A stretch of DNA of 64,000 bases from Octopus sinensis (taxonomy: Eukaryota): positions 125,550,001 to 125,614,000 of the forward strand of contig NC_042999.1 of NCBI RefSeq assembly GCF_006345805.1, read 5' to 3'. The position numbers were made by a program, and so were the translations under genes. The notes below the pieces were generated by a model. The model was not told the DNA's origin. It did no database searches and saw only the letters and a program-made list of their open reading frames with translations. Position 1 is the stretch's first letter. Each line of letters starts with the position of its first letter. Below are positions 11,319 through 49,193 of the stretch, piece by piece.

Positions 11319-12512
11319 TGAGGGGGTACCCCAAAGGAACCAGAATTTTGAAACATTATTTTATTCACTTAGCTTTACATGTTTACACTTTTATTGCTTT
11401 CAAAGGATTCTCCATTTGAAGCAATGAATTTTCCGTGGTTTGAAGCAGTCCTAGAACTCTTCGTTTTTTCCTTCATGTCTTCCACATCTGCAAAACGTTT
11501 TCCTTCAAGAACTTTTTTCATTTAGGGTAACAAAAAAAAAGTCACAGGGAACAAGATCAGGTGAATAGGGAGAGTGGGTAAATGGGTCATGCCATGTTTG
11601 GTCAAAAACTGTCTTACATTCAAGGTAGATGAACCCACCACTCTCCACTTTGCCACTGGTCAGGGCATTTTTGTCTAGTTGTGTACCACAAATGCTTCAG
11701 AACTGCCAAGTAAAATATCTGGCTAATAGTTTGACCAAGAGGAACAAATACTGTGTGGACAATTCCTTTCATATCAATGAAACCAATCAGCATCGTCTTG
11801 ACACACTTTTTGGAGGGCATGATGACATTGAATGCTTCCATTGACTTGATTACTGCTTTGTTGTAGACATAGCACCAGCTTTTGTCACCAGTGATGACCT
11901 TTGAAAAACAGTTTGGATCAACTTCCAACTGTTCTTTCAGCTCATGATACACATTCAGTTGTGACTGTTTTTGATCATCCGTGATCAAGTGAGGCACAAA
12001 TTTTGCTGCAACTTTCACTTACAATTTCTCACTCAAAATTCATTGGTGGGGAGCTCCAGGACACACCAGTCATATCAACAAGTTCATCAATTGTTCAGTG
12101 ACAGTCCTCCAGGATCAGCTCATGAATTTTTGTGATGTTTTCATTTGTTCAGGAGGTTGACAGTTGCTCTGAACAAAGTTGGTCTTCAGGCAACAAGTGA
12201 CCATTCATAAAGTGTGAAAATCACTTGTAAACTTGTGTTTTACTTGTGGCAGTGTCCTTGTAAGCTGTTTGAAGCATGAGAACTGTTTCAGCCACTGTTT
12301 TCCCCAACAGCAAACAGAATTTCACAGAAGCACATTGTTCCTTTGTTTTAGCCATTGCAAAAATTGATGAACAAAGGAGGGGCACTGCAAAACAAAGACA
12401 CACCACATGGCAGTACAGTTGGCAGTTTGATGCCTGGAGATTGCAGTAGAAGCCTGAACTACAATGGGTTTGTCCCACAGAACGTTTCTGGTTACTTTAG
12501 GATACCTCCTCA
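11319..12512 (-). mobile_element. Near full-length degenerate mariner (Tc1/mariner) transposon
   Basis: Imperfect TIRs TGAGGGGGTACCCCAAAGGAACCAGAA / TTCTGGTTACTTTAGGATACCTCCTCA with TA on both sides; motifs EQCASVKFC, AAKFVPH, VITGDKSWC, YSPDLVPCDF; broken by frameshifts and stops. Confidence 0.92.
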
Positions 12513-12542
12513 TAATGTCAGTTGATGAAAACTCCTTGTATA

Positions 12543-12582
<40 letters not shown>

Positions 12583-12604
12583 ATACACATACACACAAAC
12601 ACAC

Positions 12605-12740
12605 AATGCACCTCCATACAGTTTCTATTAATCAAATTTACTCACAAAAAATTGGTCTACTCTAAGGCTATTGTAGAAATCATTTACCCAAGGTGCCATG
12701 CAGTGGAACTGAACTCAAAACTATGTGGTTGCAATGCAAA
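12605..12740 (-). mobile_element. SINE family C, tRNA-like head half
   Basis: CCCAAGGTGCCATGCAGTGGAACTGAACTC...ATGTGGTTG shared with other family C heads. Confidence 0.7.
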
Positions 12741-13043
12741 ATATTCTCAAAAAATCTAAGTAAGCCTAGTATAGAAATGAATATCATGGAAAAGCCTTTC
12801 ATTAAGAAAGAATATTAAACTCACATTCATTAACAAAAAAAAGTTGCATTTAAACCTAACTGCCATTACCTAATTGTCCTTCGGGACAATGAGATAGTGA
12901 CTATAAGCGTTGGTCAATAGCTTAGCTAGTGAGTGTGACTTCAATCCTTGAGTTAGTCAATATGTATACTCTGACCATGCCTGTCCCATAACTATGTAAA
13001 TCAATGTTTGTTTTACATATAAGATACTTGCATGTAAACAAAA

Positions 13044-13458
13044 AGCGGCGAGCTGGCAGAAACATTAGCATGGTGGGCAAAATGCTTAGCGGTATTTCAT
13101 CTGCCGTTACGTTCTGAGTTCAAATTCTGCCGAGGTTGACTTTGCCTTTCATCCTTTCGGGGTCGATAAATTAAGTACCAGTTACACACTGGGGTCAATA
13201 TAATCGACTTAATCCGTCTGTCTGTCCTTGTTTGTCTCCTCTGTGTTTAGCCCCATGTGGGTAGTAAAGAAATAGGTATTTCATTTGCTATTACGTACTG
13301 AGTTCAAATTCTGCTGAAGTCAACTTTGCTTTTCATCCTTTTGAGGTCGATTAAATAAGTACAAGTTATGTACTGGGGTCGATGTGATTGACTTAGTCCT
13401 TTTCTCTATCCTTGTTTGTTCCCTCTATGTTTAGCCCCCTGTTGGCAATAAAAAAATA
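13044..13458 (+). mobile_element. tRNA-derived SINE family A, tandem dimer (full copy plus 5'-truncated copy)
   Basis: GCGGCGAGCTGGCAGAAAC...GAGTTCAAATTC...GCCTTTCATCCTTTCGGGGTCGATAAATTAAGTACC (resembles the Meta/Sauria-type central domain, from recall); second unit starts at GGTATTT near 13275; 15-bp TSD AATATGTATACTCTG at 12959-12973 and 13459-13473. Confidence 0.92.
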
Positions 13459-13833
13459 AATATGTATACTCTGGCTCAAGCAGAACAAGTAAACAATGGC
13501 ATAAGAAAGAGAATAACTAACAGGTGAATATCTTTAGTATGGACAATGGAATGAGAACAATCTACTGCCATGGTTTTAATAAAGAATTGGGTTTGAAATC
13601 CTGATAATCTTTCCAAATGCAAGTTTATGAAGGTTATAAGATACATTGGCTGAAATATTGTCTATAACAAGATGAGGACAATGGCCCAAATGTATTAGTG
13701 GATAATATTATATTCTGTTGACATCCTAACAATTTAGAAATTTTTGAGAGAAAGTGAAATAATTCTCTTTAAAGTTTCTAAAAGGGATAGAGATATTTGG
13801 AGGATTGCATTGGTAGACCACCAGTCATATCTA

Positions 13834-13835
<2 letters not shown>

Positions 13836-13882
<47 letters not shown>

Positions 13883-13885
13883 ATC
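13836..13885. repeat. (TA)n microsatellite
   Basis: Seen directly. Confidence 0.95.
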
Positions 13886-14100
13886 ATAATCATTATTTAG
13901 TGTCTGTTTTCCATACTAGCATAGGTAAGATGGATTGACTGGAACTGGTAAGCAAGAGAGCTGCACCAGGCTCCAGTCTGTTTTGGCTTGGTTTCTATAG
14001 CTGGGTGCCCCTTCCTAATACCAACCACTCCACAGAGTGTACTGCGTGTCTTGAACATGTCACTGGCATAGATATCTTCTACATATCACTAGCATGGGTA
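13886..14100 (-). mobile_element. Diverged RTE 3' tail
   Basis: CCATACTAGCATAGG...GCTGCACCAGGCTCCAGTCTG...CCCTTCCTAATACCAACCACTCC is the reverse complement of the RTE tail. Confidence 0.8.
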
Positions 14101-14979
14101 CCTTTTAATATGAATCATGTCTACTGGACACATGGCTTTGAGCCCAACAGGCAGCCTTCAACTTTTTTCTAGATTTTTCGACCTAATATTTACATGATAT
14201 TATTTATAGCTTTATATGTGCTTCAAAACTCACTGCACCTAAAAAGAATTATTTTATGTTTTCCTGAAAGTTTATTAATTAATTTTTATGATATCAACAA
14301 CACACATTTCTCACCAGCCTTAGACTTTTCTATCCAAAAGGGCTTTTCAACCTAGTATTTACATGCTTATTATATTCTCTGTTTTTAGCTGAAGACTATG
14401 CTTTCAGAACTGAAATTTATATTATAGTTTCTGGATTAAAACTCAGGCTTGTGTCCACTCATCATTCTAATAGATTCCCAATGTTATTGAACCTTCACAT
14501 AGGATTAAGATAAGAGCAGGAGTAAAGTATTACCTATAGTTTAAAATTTAAATTGGAGTGTTACAAAACTGGAACTACAAGTAAGTTCAGTAAAATCTCT
14601 TTATAAAAAAATGACATTTAAAAGATTGTCTAGCTTTTTAAAAATTCTTCTGAGATAGTTGAAATCCTGTTCATCAAATGTCACCACTGCTTTGCCAACA
14701 TGACACATGTCAGAAAATACAGTGAACTCAAGATTTAAAGGACTAATAGAGGGTGGGGATGGGGTGGGGGAAGATGTGTTGGTCAATAATTGAAGATCTA
14801 AGTGTCATTTCCCTCTCTCTTTTTCACATGCACATTCTCACTCACATGATCTCACACACACATCATTTCTCTCTTTTATCTTGGTCATTCTTTCCTCTAA
14901 CAGGAAGTTCTGGCAAAAATTTGAAACCTCAATAGATGTCCTTTCAATACCTTTTTTCTTTTTTTACTTTCAATACCTT

Positions 14980-15325
14980 TTTTCTTTTACTTGTTTCAGT
15001 CATTGGACTGCAGAATTTAGCCAAACAAATTAACTCCAGTACTTATTTTAGTGATATCTTTTGCAGAACTGTTAAGTCACAGGGGTGTAAGCCAACCAAC
15101 ACTAGTTGTCAAGTGATATGGGAACAAGTACCAACACAATGACACACACACATATATATATATATATACATACATGATGGGCTTCTACACAGTTTCCATC
15201 TACCAAATTCATTCACAAGACATTGGTTGGCTGGGGCTATAGTAGAAAACACTTACTCAGTGTTGTGTAGTGGGACTGAACCTGAAATCGTGATTCCAAA
15301 GCAAGCCACAAAACCATGCTTGTGC
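14980..15325 (-). mobile_element. SINE family C (both halves, internal CA/TA spacer)
   Basis: TTACTTGTTTCAGTCATTGGACTGC...(CA/TA)n...GATGGGCTTC...GGCTATAGTAGAA...AGTGGGACTGAACC...CCATGC. Confidence 0.85.
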
Positions 15326-16964
15326 CATAACTATGTAAATCAATGTTTGTTTTAAATATATGACACTTGCATGTAAACAAAAGTTTTTTTTATGTTGATG
15401 TAGTTTTGACCAACAAGATTTATCAGCTCTTCCTTGATGATCATCCATGTCCTCCTGCCAAAGCACTAATAAAAGGCAACTACATACCAAGGCCAAGGAG
15501 ACTGCTCAACTCCTGGCAAACATTTCACACTAGATACTCTTAGGAAATGGCAATTCCACTTTAACACCAATTTTCATTTCAAAGAGCTACTAAATTGATC
15601 ACACATACATTTGTCAGACAATCTTTTTCACTGAGTTCTTAAACTTATCTTGCTCACACACACTCACAAAATTATTTCTACGTATTTAGTGGTGACCCAG
15701 TATAATACTTGAAAGCACAATAGATATATTTTATATTAAAAAAATTGATTCATTAAATTTGAGTTAGGAATAAAAATAATTTCCTTAGACAGTTCTACTA
15801 AATAAAGACTTTTTTTCCATGAAGATTTCACAAACTTCGTCCTGTAAAACTTTTAAATGGTCAAATTTCTTAAGACCTACATTATGTCACACTTATTGCA
15901 TCTCACCACTCAGATACCATACTAATGCTTTATTTTTCCAACTCTGTGTCTAAAATTGCATCCCATTGGTACTCACCTCCCTAATCTTGTAACTTATAAC
16001 AATTTAAGTTTTGCTACATCCAGTTCATGTGACTTCCATATACTAGAGTACAACTCATTCATCTGCGATAATACATCCATATTTACATTGTAGACTCTAT
16101 TCCCAAATGAATACAAGTGATAATTTGCCTGATAATGAAGCCTACACATTTGCAAATTCTGGTTCATTGTTGCATGCTATTTTTCTCTGTCTCTTACAAC
16201 ATACAAGAATCTATTCATTTCTTAAAGTACTCTTTGCATATCATTTCTACTTAAGCCTTATTTAAAGTACCTGTCGCTTATCCTTTCATTATCTGATCTC
16301 AACCAGAGATTCCATGTAAAGCATTATGTTCAGTCTTTCTTTCCAGAACTCCTTTAATGCTCATATTTCCTCTTCAGTCATTTAACTTTTAATAATCCTT
16401 ACCAAACATTTATTATATTAACTTCATTCAGTTATGCTACAATAAAATTTTAGTAGCATTTGCCAATGATTCTCACTGCAATGTCATCTTAATTATGAAA
16501 TTTAACCAAGAACATAATGAAATTACTCTATTCTATATCTATTGTATTTTCTATTCAATTCACAGTACTTTCTCATCTATTAATATTGCATATGACAATT
16601 GTCTTCCATACATAAACTTGGTGGTGCCTTTCACACCAACTCATGAAAAAACAGTAAAAGAAACATCGCCAGTGATAAATCTGGTCATAATGAATGAGAA
16701 GACAGACACAAAGATTCTGATGTAGATGTCGATCCTCAAAGTTATAAACTGTATCAGTGCAGTTAAAATGAATTTCCAGAATATAGAAAAGTTAATATGA
16801 ATGCAATACAAATGTTCAGTTATGGTTAGAGGCTGAACATTCACTACAATTGCCTATAAATAAATATTTTAACTATTTGATACGACTGTGTCTGTGTAGA
16901 AAAACCACTTTTCAACAAAATGTGTTAGATGGTATCAACAGTTATGTATGTATATCAAAACATA

Positions 16965-18210
16965 TATGTATCTATCTTTTACTTGTTTCAGTCATAAGGC
17001 TGTGGCCATGCTGGGGCGCCAGCTTGAAATTTTAGTTGAATGAATCCACTCCAATGTTTTTTTTTAAGCTTGGAACTTATTCTGTCAATCATTTTTGCCA
17101 AACTACTAAGTTAAGGGGATGTAAACAGACCAACACTGGTTGGCAAGCAGTGGTGGGTGACAAACACAGATACAAAGACATATACACACATGTGGTCTGA
17201 TCAATAAGTATCCGGACTCTTTGCCATAGTAATGAAGTTAAAGCATCCAGAGTGAAGCCACTTGGCACAGATTGACCTTAAACTCTGCTGTGCACTAAGT
17301 TTTAATGTACTAGCTCACTTCTGCTGTTGACAGTAGTGCTTGGAAGTAATGTGTGATTGTTGCATTGACCACGACAGAGAAAGTTGCGCAGAGAGTCTGC
17401 ATCAAATTTTGCCAAAAGCTTGGCGATGCATGTTCAGAAGCCTATGCAAAATTTTCAAAAAGTTTTCATCATTCTTGACACAACCAAGGAGATCTTTGTG
17501 CAACTAAAATCTGAGTGTCGTTTTTGGCCAGCTGAAAGCAGTTTGGGCACAAACTTGGCAGACATGCATCCCATACCCAAATCTTCAGTAATAATGGACT
17601 GAACTGAATCATAATTAATCTGCACATCCTCTGATAACTCACAGATGGCGATTCGACAATTTCCTTTCATAGCTGCATGCACATCTGTGATGTTTTTCTC
17701 AGTTCTTCTGGTTGCAGGTTTCCCAGAACATTCCTCACTATTGACATTTTTTTGGTCATCTTGGAAACATTTGAACCACTTGTACACCTGTGACTCATAC
17801 ACTTCATGAAACCTTGTATAGGCCTCTGAGCAGGTATTGCCATGACAACTTTTTCTGTCATGATCAATACGATGATCACGTTACTTCCAAGTACTGCCAT
17901 AAACAGGGGAAGAGAGCTAGAATGTTAAAATTTAGTGTACATGCACAGCAGAGGTCAAGGTCAATCTGTGCTGAGTGGCTTCACTCTGCATGCTTTAGCT
18001 TCGTTAGTATGGTAACAGTCCAGATACTTGTTGATCAGACCTCATATATGATTAGTTTCTTTCAGTTCCTGTCTACCAAATCCACTTGCAAGGCTTTGTT
18101 TGTCCTGAGACTATAGTAGAAGACACTTGCCCAAGGTGCCATGCAGTGGGGCTGAACCTGGAACCATATAGTTGGGGAGCAAGCTTATTACCACATAGCC
18201 ATGCCTGCAT
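16965..18210 (-). mobile_element. SINE family C split by a mariner-derived insertion (SINE parts 16965-17190 and 18047-18210)
   Basis: The 3' half ends in the CA spacer at 17190; the head half resumes after 18046 with CTACCAAATCCAC...GACACTTGCCCAAGGTGCC. Confidence 0.85.
17191..18044. mobile_element. Mariner-derived foldback element made of two inward-pointing 5' ends
   Basis: TIR-like TG(T/A)GGTCTGATCAA(T/C)AAGTATC at both ends. The left arm encodes transposase N-terminus QRVCIKFCQKLG on +; the right arm encodes VYKWFKCF...MSAKFVPKLL on -. Confidence 0.85.
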
Positions 18211-18482
18211 ATATGTATGTATTTGAAAAGACATTATATTGATAATGTATGTGAATGGTTATCTAAGGATTCATCTTAAAGGTAATATCAGTAGTGTACC
18301 AAAATCATATCAACTTGCTAATGCTCTTCAGTCGACAAGTTATCCACTACAAGTGGAATATGCAGATACAAGGAATAAAACAACTGAATACTCAGAAGCA
18401 AGTAAAAGTTATTTCACATCAGATACATCATGTTTTCGGTCTGATTGTAAAGATTAACAATTCATTCTTACACACACACACA

Positions 18483-18583
<101 letters not shown>

Positions 18584-19027
18584 AATGGTTCAATAATCTT
18601 CTAGCTGCTTTGTAGCTGAAGGATTGAGATAGGTCAAACTGGAGAACAAAATACCTTCAGTGGCTCAAGATTTTAATGTCTATGAATTGAAAATCCAACA
18701 CTTTCCTCATATCACCAATATTTATCTTTATCTAGGATAGAGGATAGCCAACTTTTTCAGTATACCCTTTCATATCTACTAGTGTTGGTATAATGTGTAT
18801 GAAGAATATAATGTAAAATCTTTGGATACAGTAGAACAGGCAATAGGCATGTATTATTTATTACTTAATTTAAAGAGTTCAAATCCCATGGTGGTCAAGT
18901 TTGCTTTTTATGCTTCCAGAATCAATAAATGAAAGTAACAATAAACTACTGAGTAATATTCATTGTTCCCTCTCCCCAAATTTTTAGCCTTATGCCTTTG
19001 TTAGAAATCAATTTTGTTTTAATTTAA

Positions 19028-19207
19028 CCCTTTAGCATTCAGACTAATCTGTCAAATATAATGCTTATTTATTCACATTATTTGATAGCTCCAAGATTTC
19101 AACGATGTGATTGTTTATTTTTTAAAAAGATATTGTAGGGTAGGTGTAAGAGGCCAGACCTAGCCAGTCTGATCATAAAAAGTATTGCTGGTTTCAATGC
19201 TAAAGGG
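19028..19207. mobile_element. piggyBac-type MITE
   Basis: TTAA|CCCTTTAGCATT...AATGCTAAAGGG|TAAA; related copy at 35592. Confidence 0.85.
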
Positions 19208-19221
19208 TAAATGTTACATTT

Positions 19222-19560
19222 TTAATGAGATGGATGAGTTTGGCTCTTACAAGTATTTCTGGGAACAGTTTCAGTGAGGCACAGATGCATATCTTTCTCA
19301 ACAGTTTTGCACAAAATTTGTTTTTGGTCATGTAGCCGAACACTTTGTTCACAAAAGCAAGTGGATGGGAACAGCAAAAGTCTCTTCACACATTTTCTAG
19401 GCACACTAGTTGTAATTCCAGTGTTCCCACAAACTTCACATACTTCCAACCTCTCTTGCATATTCGTAAGTATATGTGTAACTTGATCTAACAACCTTGA
19501 TTTAGGCAATAGTTTTATTCAGATGCTGAGAACTTCAGTTTCACAAGTAAGAACGAGACA
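19222..19560 (-). pseudogene. Possible remnant of a Cys-rich (piggyBac CRD-like) transposase C-terminus
   Basis: Cys-rich fragments in shifted frames (VCEVC, KCSAT, QILCK) next to a piggyBac MITE. Weak resemblance only. Confidence 0.3.
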
Positions 19561-19812
19561 TGAACAAACTGCCGGCATCAATTGTTAGTTGTTGGAGCAC
19601 TGCATCCTTCAAAACTTCCATGCTTCCTGAGATTCACCAACACTACACCTGATTTTCTCCCCGCCATACACACGCAAGCATGTATCTGACTCATACACTG
19701 TTCACTTTCCAGACATTTGTACATTACTGCATATGCTTTATACACACTTTTGACAAGTTATGGTGCACCTGAGCACTGTATACAATAATTTCATTATTAT
19801 TATATTATTATT
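19561..19812 (+). mobile_element. CR1/L2-like LINE 3' end with (TTA)n tail
   Basis: Translation NKLPASIVSCWSTASFKTSMLPEIHQHYT-stop resembles CR1/L2 ORF2 ends; short 3'UTR then TTATTATTA-type tail. Confidence 0.65.
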
Positions 19813-19854
19813 ATGTTATGTTATACTAAAATCAACTGGAAATATAACAAACAC

Positions 19855-22121
19855 AAATTCAACTTTAAAACCTTTATTACACATTTTAGTTGTGAGAACA
19901 CATTTTGGCTTGGAATGATACTTGGTAATGAAAATTCCAATTCTTCATGCTTTCCCTTTCTTCTAAAAGGTATGTTTCCCTTTTCCAAAATTTGAAACAA
20001 ATAACTACAGGATCCCATTTTAATTTTTTTTTCTTATTTTTAATGTCCTTTTGGTTTGATTTTTTTCAATATGAAGATTTGACAATCAGTTTAAACATTG
20101 TTGCATACCTAACAGGTTGTGGGAGGAGAAGGGGGAGATAAAATAAGTGATAAACATAGTTGGGATAATTCCTTTCATATACAAATATGATATCTGATTG
20201 GTTTCCATTCTTGCAATAGAAATTTTACAACATATTTTATGTCTTTATCTTTAATTTTATGCATTTTCTTTAAAATTTCTGTATTATTATTATTATTATT
20301 ATTTTAAAGAAACCTTTCAAGGTTTTATTTAATGTAATGGTAGACAACACGAGGAAATGGTAGAAGGAACAGATGTTGAATAACAAATACAGAGTTGAGC
20401 TCTACATCAAATACCAAACCATTGATGAAGGAAAGTGGCAGTAATAACTGCAAATTCATTATCCAACTGATAATCTATACAAACTTCATCCTGTGGGCTA
20501 ATGGTAATTTTCTTTCTTTTAAACTTTTTTTAAAATTAATTTGCCTTCCCCTTTTTGTTTATCTGTGAATTCTGGATGTTGTAAAATTGTGTAGAATGAA
20601 AAAAATTCCAATAGAAAAGTTAATGTCTCAATCTGAATCACCAATTCCCATTAAATGAATCTCATTTTTTTTTAAATCAAATTTTCATGTAATCACTCAA
20701 TATAATTTTACATTATTTCTCCAAGCAAGCATAGAGGAGAGTATTAATTTACAAAAAGATGTTACAGATATGACAAGTATGTCAATAACTCAAGCTTGAA
20801 TTGGAGATTGTTTCGCTTAATTTTACCTAGTAGGAAATTAAATTAAAAATGATTAAAAAATAAAGAAAAAATCTCATTGTATTTATTGACTAAGTTTATG
20901 AATTAATAAAATGACAATTTTAACTAGACAACTTTTTAAATTTTAAAAAAAGGATAAACAGTTCAAGTGAAATAGAGTGTAAAAATGGAAATTACTACTA
21001 ACCAAGGAGGAAAGGAAAAAAAGTGGGAATTTAATGACTAATAAAAGATAAAGCAAAACTAAATATTATTTCTAGAAAGAAAATAACCTGAATAATAAAA
21101 CTATAAGAACTGAATTTGAAGATACTGGTTTGCAAATAGAGAATACAAGGTAAAAGCTCCTAATCAAATTGAGAAAGAAACTATTGAAATAGTTCTTATT
21201 TGCCCAGCAAAAGACAATTTGATAATACAAGCACTTTAGCAGCCAGAGAGGCATATATTTGTTTTATTTACAGTGAAATCCTGATGTTAGATGATTTCAT
21301 TTTAGATAAAGTATGTGGTTTTTATTAATTATATAATTTTTTTTACAACCCCAAATATATTTTCTTTCATTTACATACCTACAAATATTTCTTCATAATT
21401 GTCATTATATATATATATGTGTATATACATATAACGCATCTGTGAACATCTGTGTACATATATATATATAATGTTTATGTATGTGTGTATATGTATGTGT
21501 GTGTGTATACATATAAGTATGTATATGTGTACATAAGCATATGCTTCTGTGTATGTGATTTTTGTAAAAAGATATGTTGGAAGGGTATGCTAATTATATA
21601 TATATATATATACCCTTTAGAAAATTGAGTAAAAGTGGAGAATAGGGAGGGATGTCTGGGCTAGGTTTAATCAACACCGTGCCTTTATTTGATCAATAAA
21701 CTCATATAATGGTTACTCAATATATTTTATATAATTTTTCTTCCAGGAAATCTGTAAAGGATTTGGTAGTTGATATTTCTTTTTACAACATTGTTGCTAT
21801 GTATTAGATGGTTATTGACATCAGCAAAGGAGATGGTATTGAACAGACATAAAAAAAAAGTAGAAGTCAAAGTAAGATTCAAGCTGTTTAAAATCCAGTC
21901 ACTGAAATTAATGGAGTGCAGTTTCTTCCCTGTCTATAATTGTTGAAAAAAAAAAACAAGACAAGGTAAGACAGAAAGCAAAAGCCTGTATTTTCATGAG
22001 GCAGAATGAGGTGAGGGAGAAAGAAAGAGAGGAGAGAGGAGGAGAAAGAGAGAAAGAGAGACAGACAGACAGAGATCTGTAACCTGCTGGAACTGCCAGG
22101 CATATCTTTGGGATTATTGTA
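19855..22121 (-). other. AP1G1: Probable AP1G1 3'UTR (about 2.3 kb)
   Basis: Unique AT-rich sequence downstream of the stop. The end is inferred from the poly(A) signal at 19873-19878; a proximal AATAAA is at 20324-20329. Confidence 0.45.
19873..19878 (-). terminator. Candidate polyadenylation signal
   Basis: Minus-strand AATAAA followed about 15-30 nt later by GU/U-rich TTTGTGTTTGTTATATTT. Confidence 0.5.
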
Positions 22122-47632
<25,511 letters not shown>

Positions 47633-49061
47633 CTACAAAAGAAAAAGAAAAAAGGAAATTTTAATTCTAAAATGTCAAAAGTTCACCAAGATTACACGAA
47701 ATATATTTGTATGTTAATATAAAAAAAAAACAGCAACTTTAATAAATTTCTTTGGGAGGAAAAGAAAACCCTTGAAGGTTTTAACATCCCCAAAGTATCA
47801 TATTCAGGGAAGTTGTATGTGCAAAGATTAATTACTGAATTCTAGCAGATTTAGGGAAGCTGTACATGCTAAGGTTAAATACTAAATCTTATATTTTAAA
47901 TTATTTAATCCTTGTGAGTGTATTAGATGATTGGGTGAAGACTTAAATGAATACTTTAAATGAAAACAGCACAATTTTTATATGCTACTAAAATTATGCC
48001 CTTCCTCAAAGTGATTATTAATTTTGTTTTTATTCTAAACAATGAGAAGTTGGATATATGCCTAAAATTAAATACAAATTTATTTGCTATATCTTCTTGG
48101 CAACAGAACTTTTTTAATAGCTAATGTACATATTAACCAAAACAAATGTAGTTCTACAACTCATAAAAAATTATCTTCATACATTTTGTCAATAACACTA
48201 AGACAAAATGCTGAGTTACATTTAGTAGAATGAAATATATTGAAGTATTCCAAAGAAAGAAACATCACTTTAAAATTGTTTGAAAATGATACAAACCATG
48301 AAATTTGTAGCAAAAACAATATATTTGCAATTCTATATCAATTGCAATTGTTACATTTCACTAGATTTTATTTTTAATTAACAACAGTTAAAACAACATG
48401 TATGTAATTAACTTTTTTGTTTTTATTTTCCTTTTTGATTAGTAATGATTAAAAATATTAAATGTTGATAGCTTCTCTTACTTTAATATCATAACCAGTT
48501 AATATTATGTTTATATTATGTTAAAGATGAATTAATTTCAATTGGTGGAATGTGAACAAAATCATCTTCGCTCAACTGGTTGTCCTCTTGGGGACAAAAA
48601 ACAAACATGATAATTATTAAGAAAGAAAATTTGAGATATAAAAATAATCCACCAATCCAAATTATTTAACAGGATTTTGACCTGCTTGAAGATTGACCAA
48701 ACATTCACTTTTCTATGTGTAATAAATATTATGTAATTTAAAAAAAAAGCTAATTGAAAAGAAATTGTCATAAGGCTTAGCAGCAATTTCATTTATGAGG
48801 ATAAAAGCCGTCTATTTAGAGATATATTTTGCACAAATTGAAATGATTTTCTTTTTTGCACAAATTTTGCAGTTCATTGCTATATTCTTAGTTCAGTTTT
48901 GAGGTCTGTAAATATAAACCAAGCAAATCAAAATAAATTCCTGCATTTACTAGAAAAAAAAAGGATAAAAAGACAAGAGAGTATCCCCCAACAGTAGAAA
49001 AAAAAAACAACAAAAAAAACTCAAAAAGTGATGCAGTATATACACAAGCAAATATACTGAA

Positions 49062-49193
49062 CATGCATCAGTTAACCACATGAAGTAAGCTGAAAAGTAA
49101 ACATGTGGAGCATGCAGATATCCAAGTTTATATTTAATACTGCATGCTGGTTTGGCTATCTGAAAGCGCATGCACCTAATTCAACAAACATGC
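49062..49193 (-). promoter_or_regulatory. Intronic cluster of (U)GCAUG motifs (Rbfox-type splicing elements)
   Basis: Minus-strand TGCATG at 49062-67, 49111-16 and 49169-74, plus GCATG at 49143-47 and 49189-93. Function is inferred. Confidence 0.4.

Noticed and set aside
13044-13130. tRNA gene call for SINE heads (also 46098, 7060-7144, 29514)
   Set aside because: A/B-box-like motifs continue into SINE bodies with TSDs; no complete cloverleaf.
14390-14425. Other CTGANGA...GAAA word pairs (14390, 25645, 42340-42364)
   Set aside because: No helix I/II pairing and no NUH triplet in register.
48482-48600. Frame DNQLSEDDFVHIPPIEINSSLT after an acceptor-like site
   Set aside because: No in-frame donor before the stop, and no similarity to gamma-adaptin.
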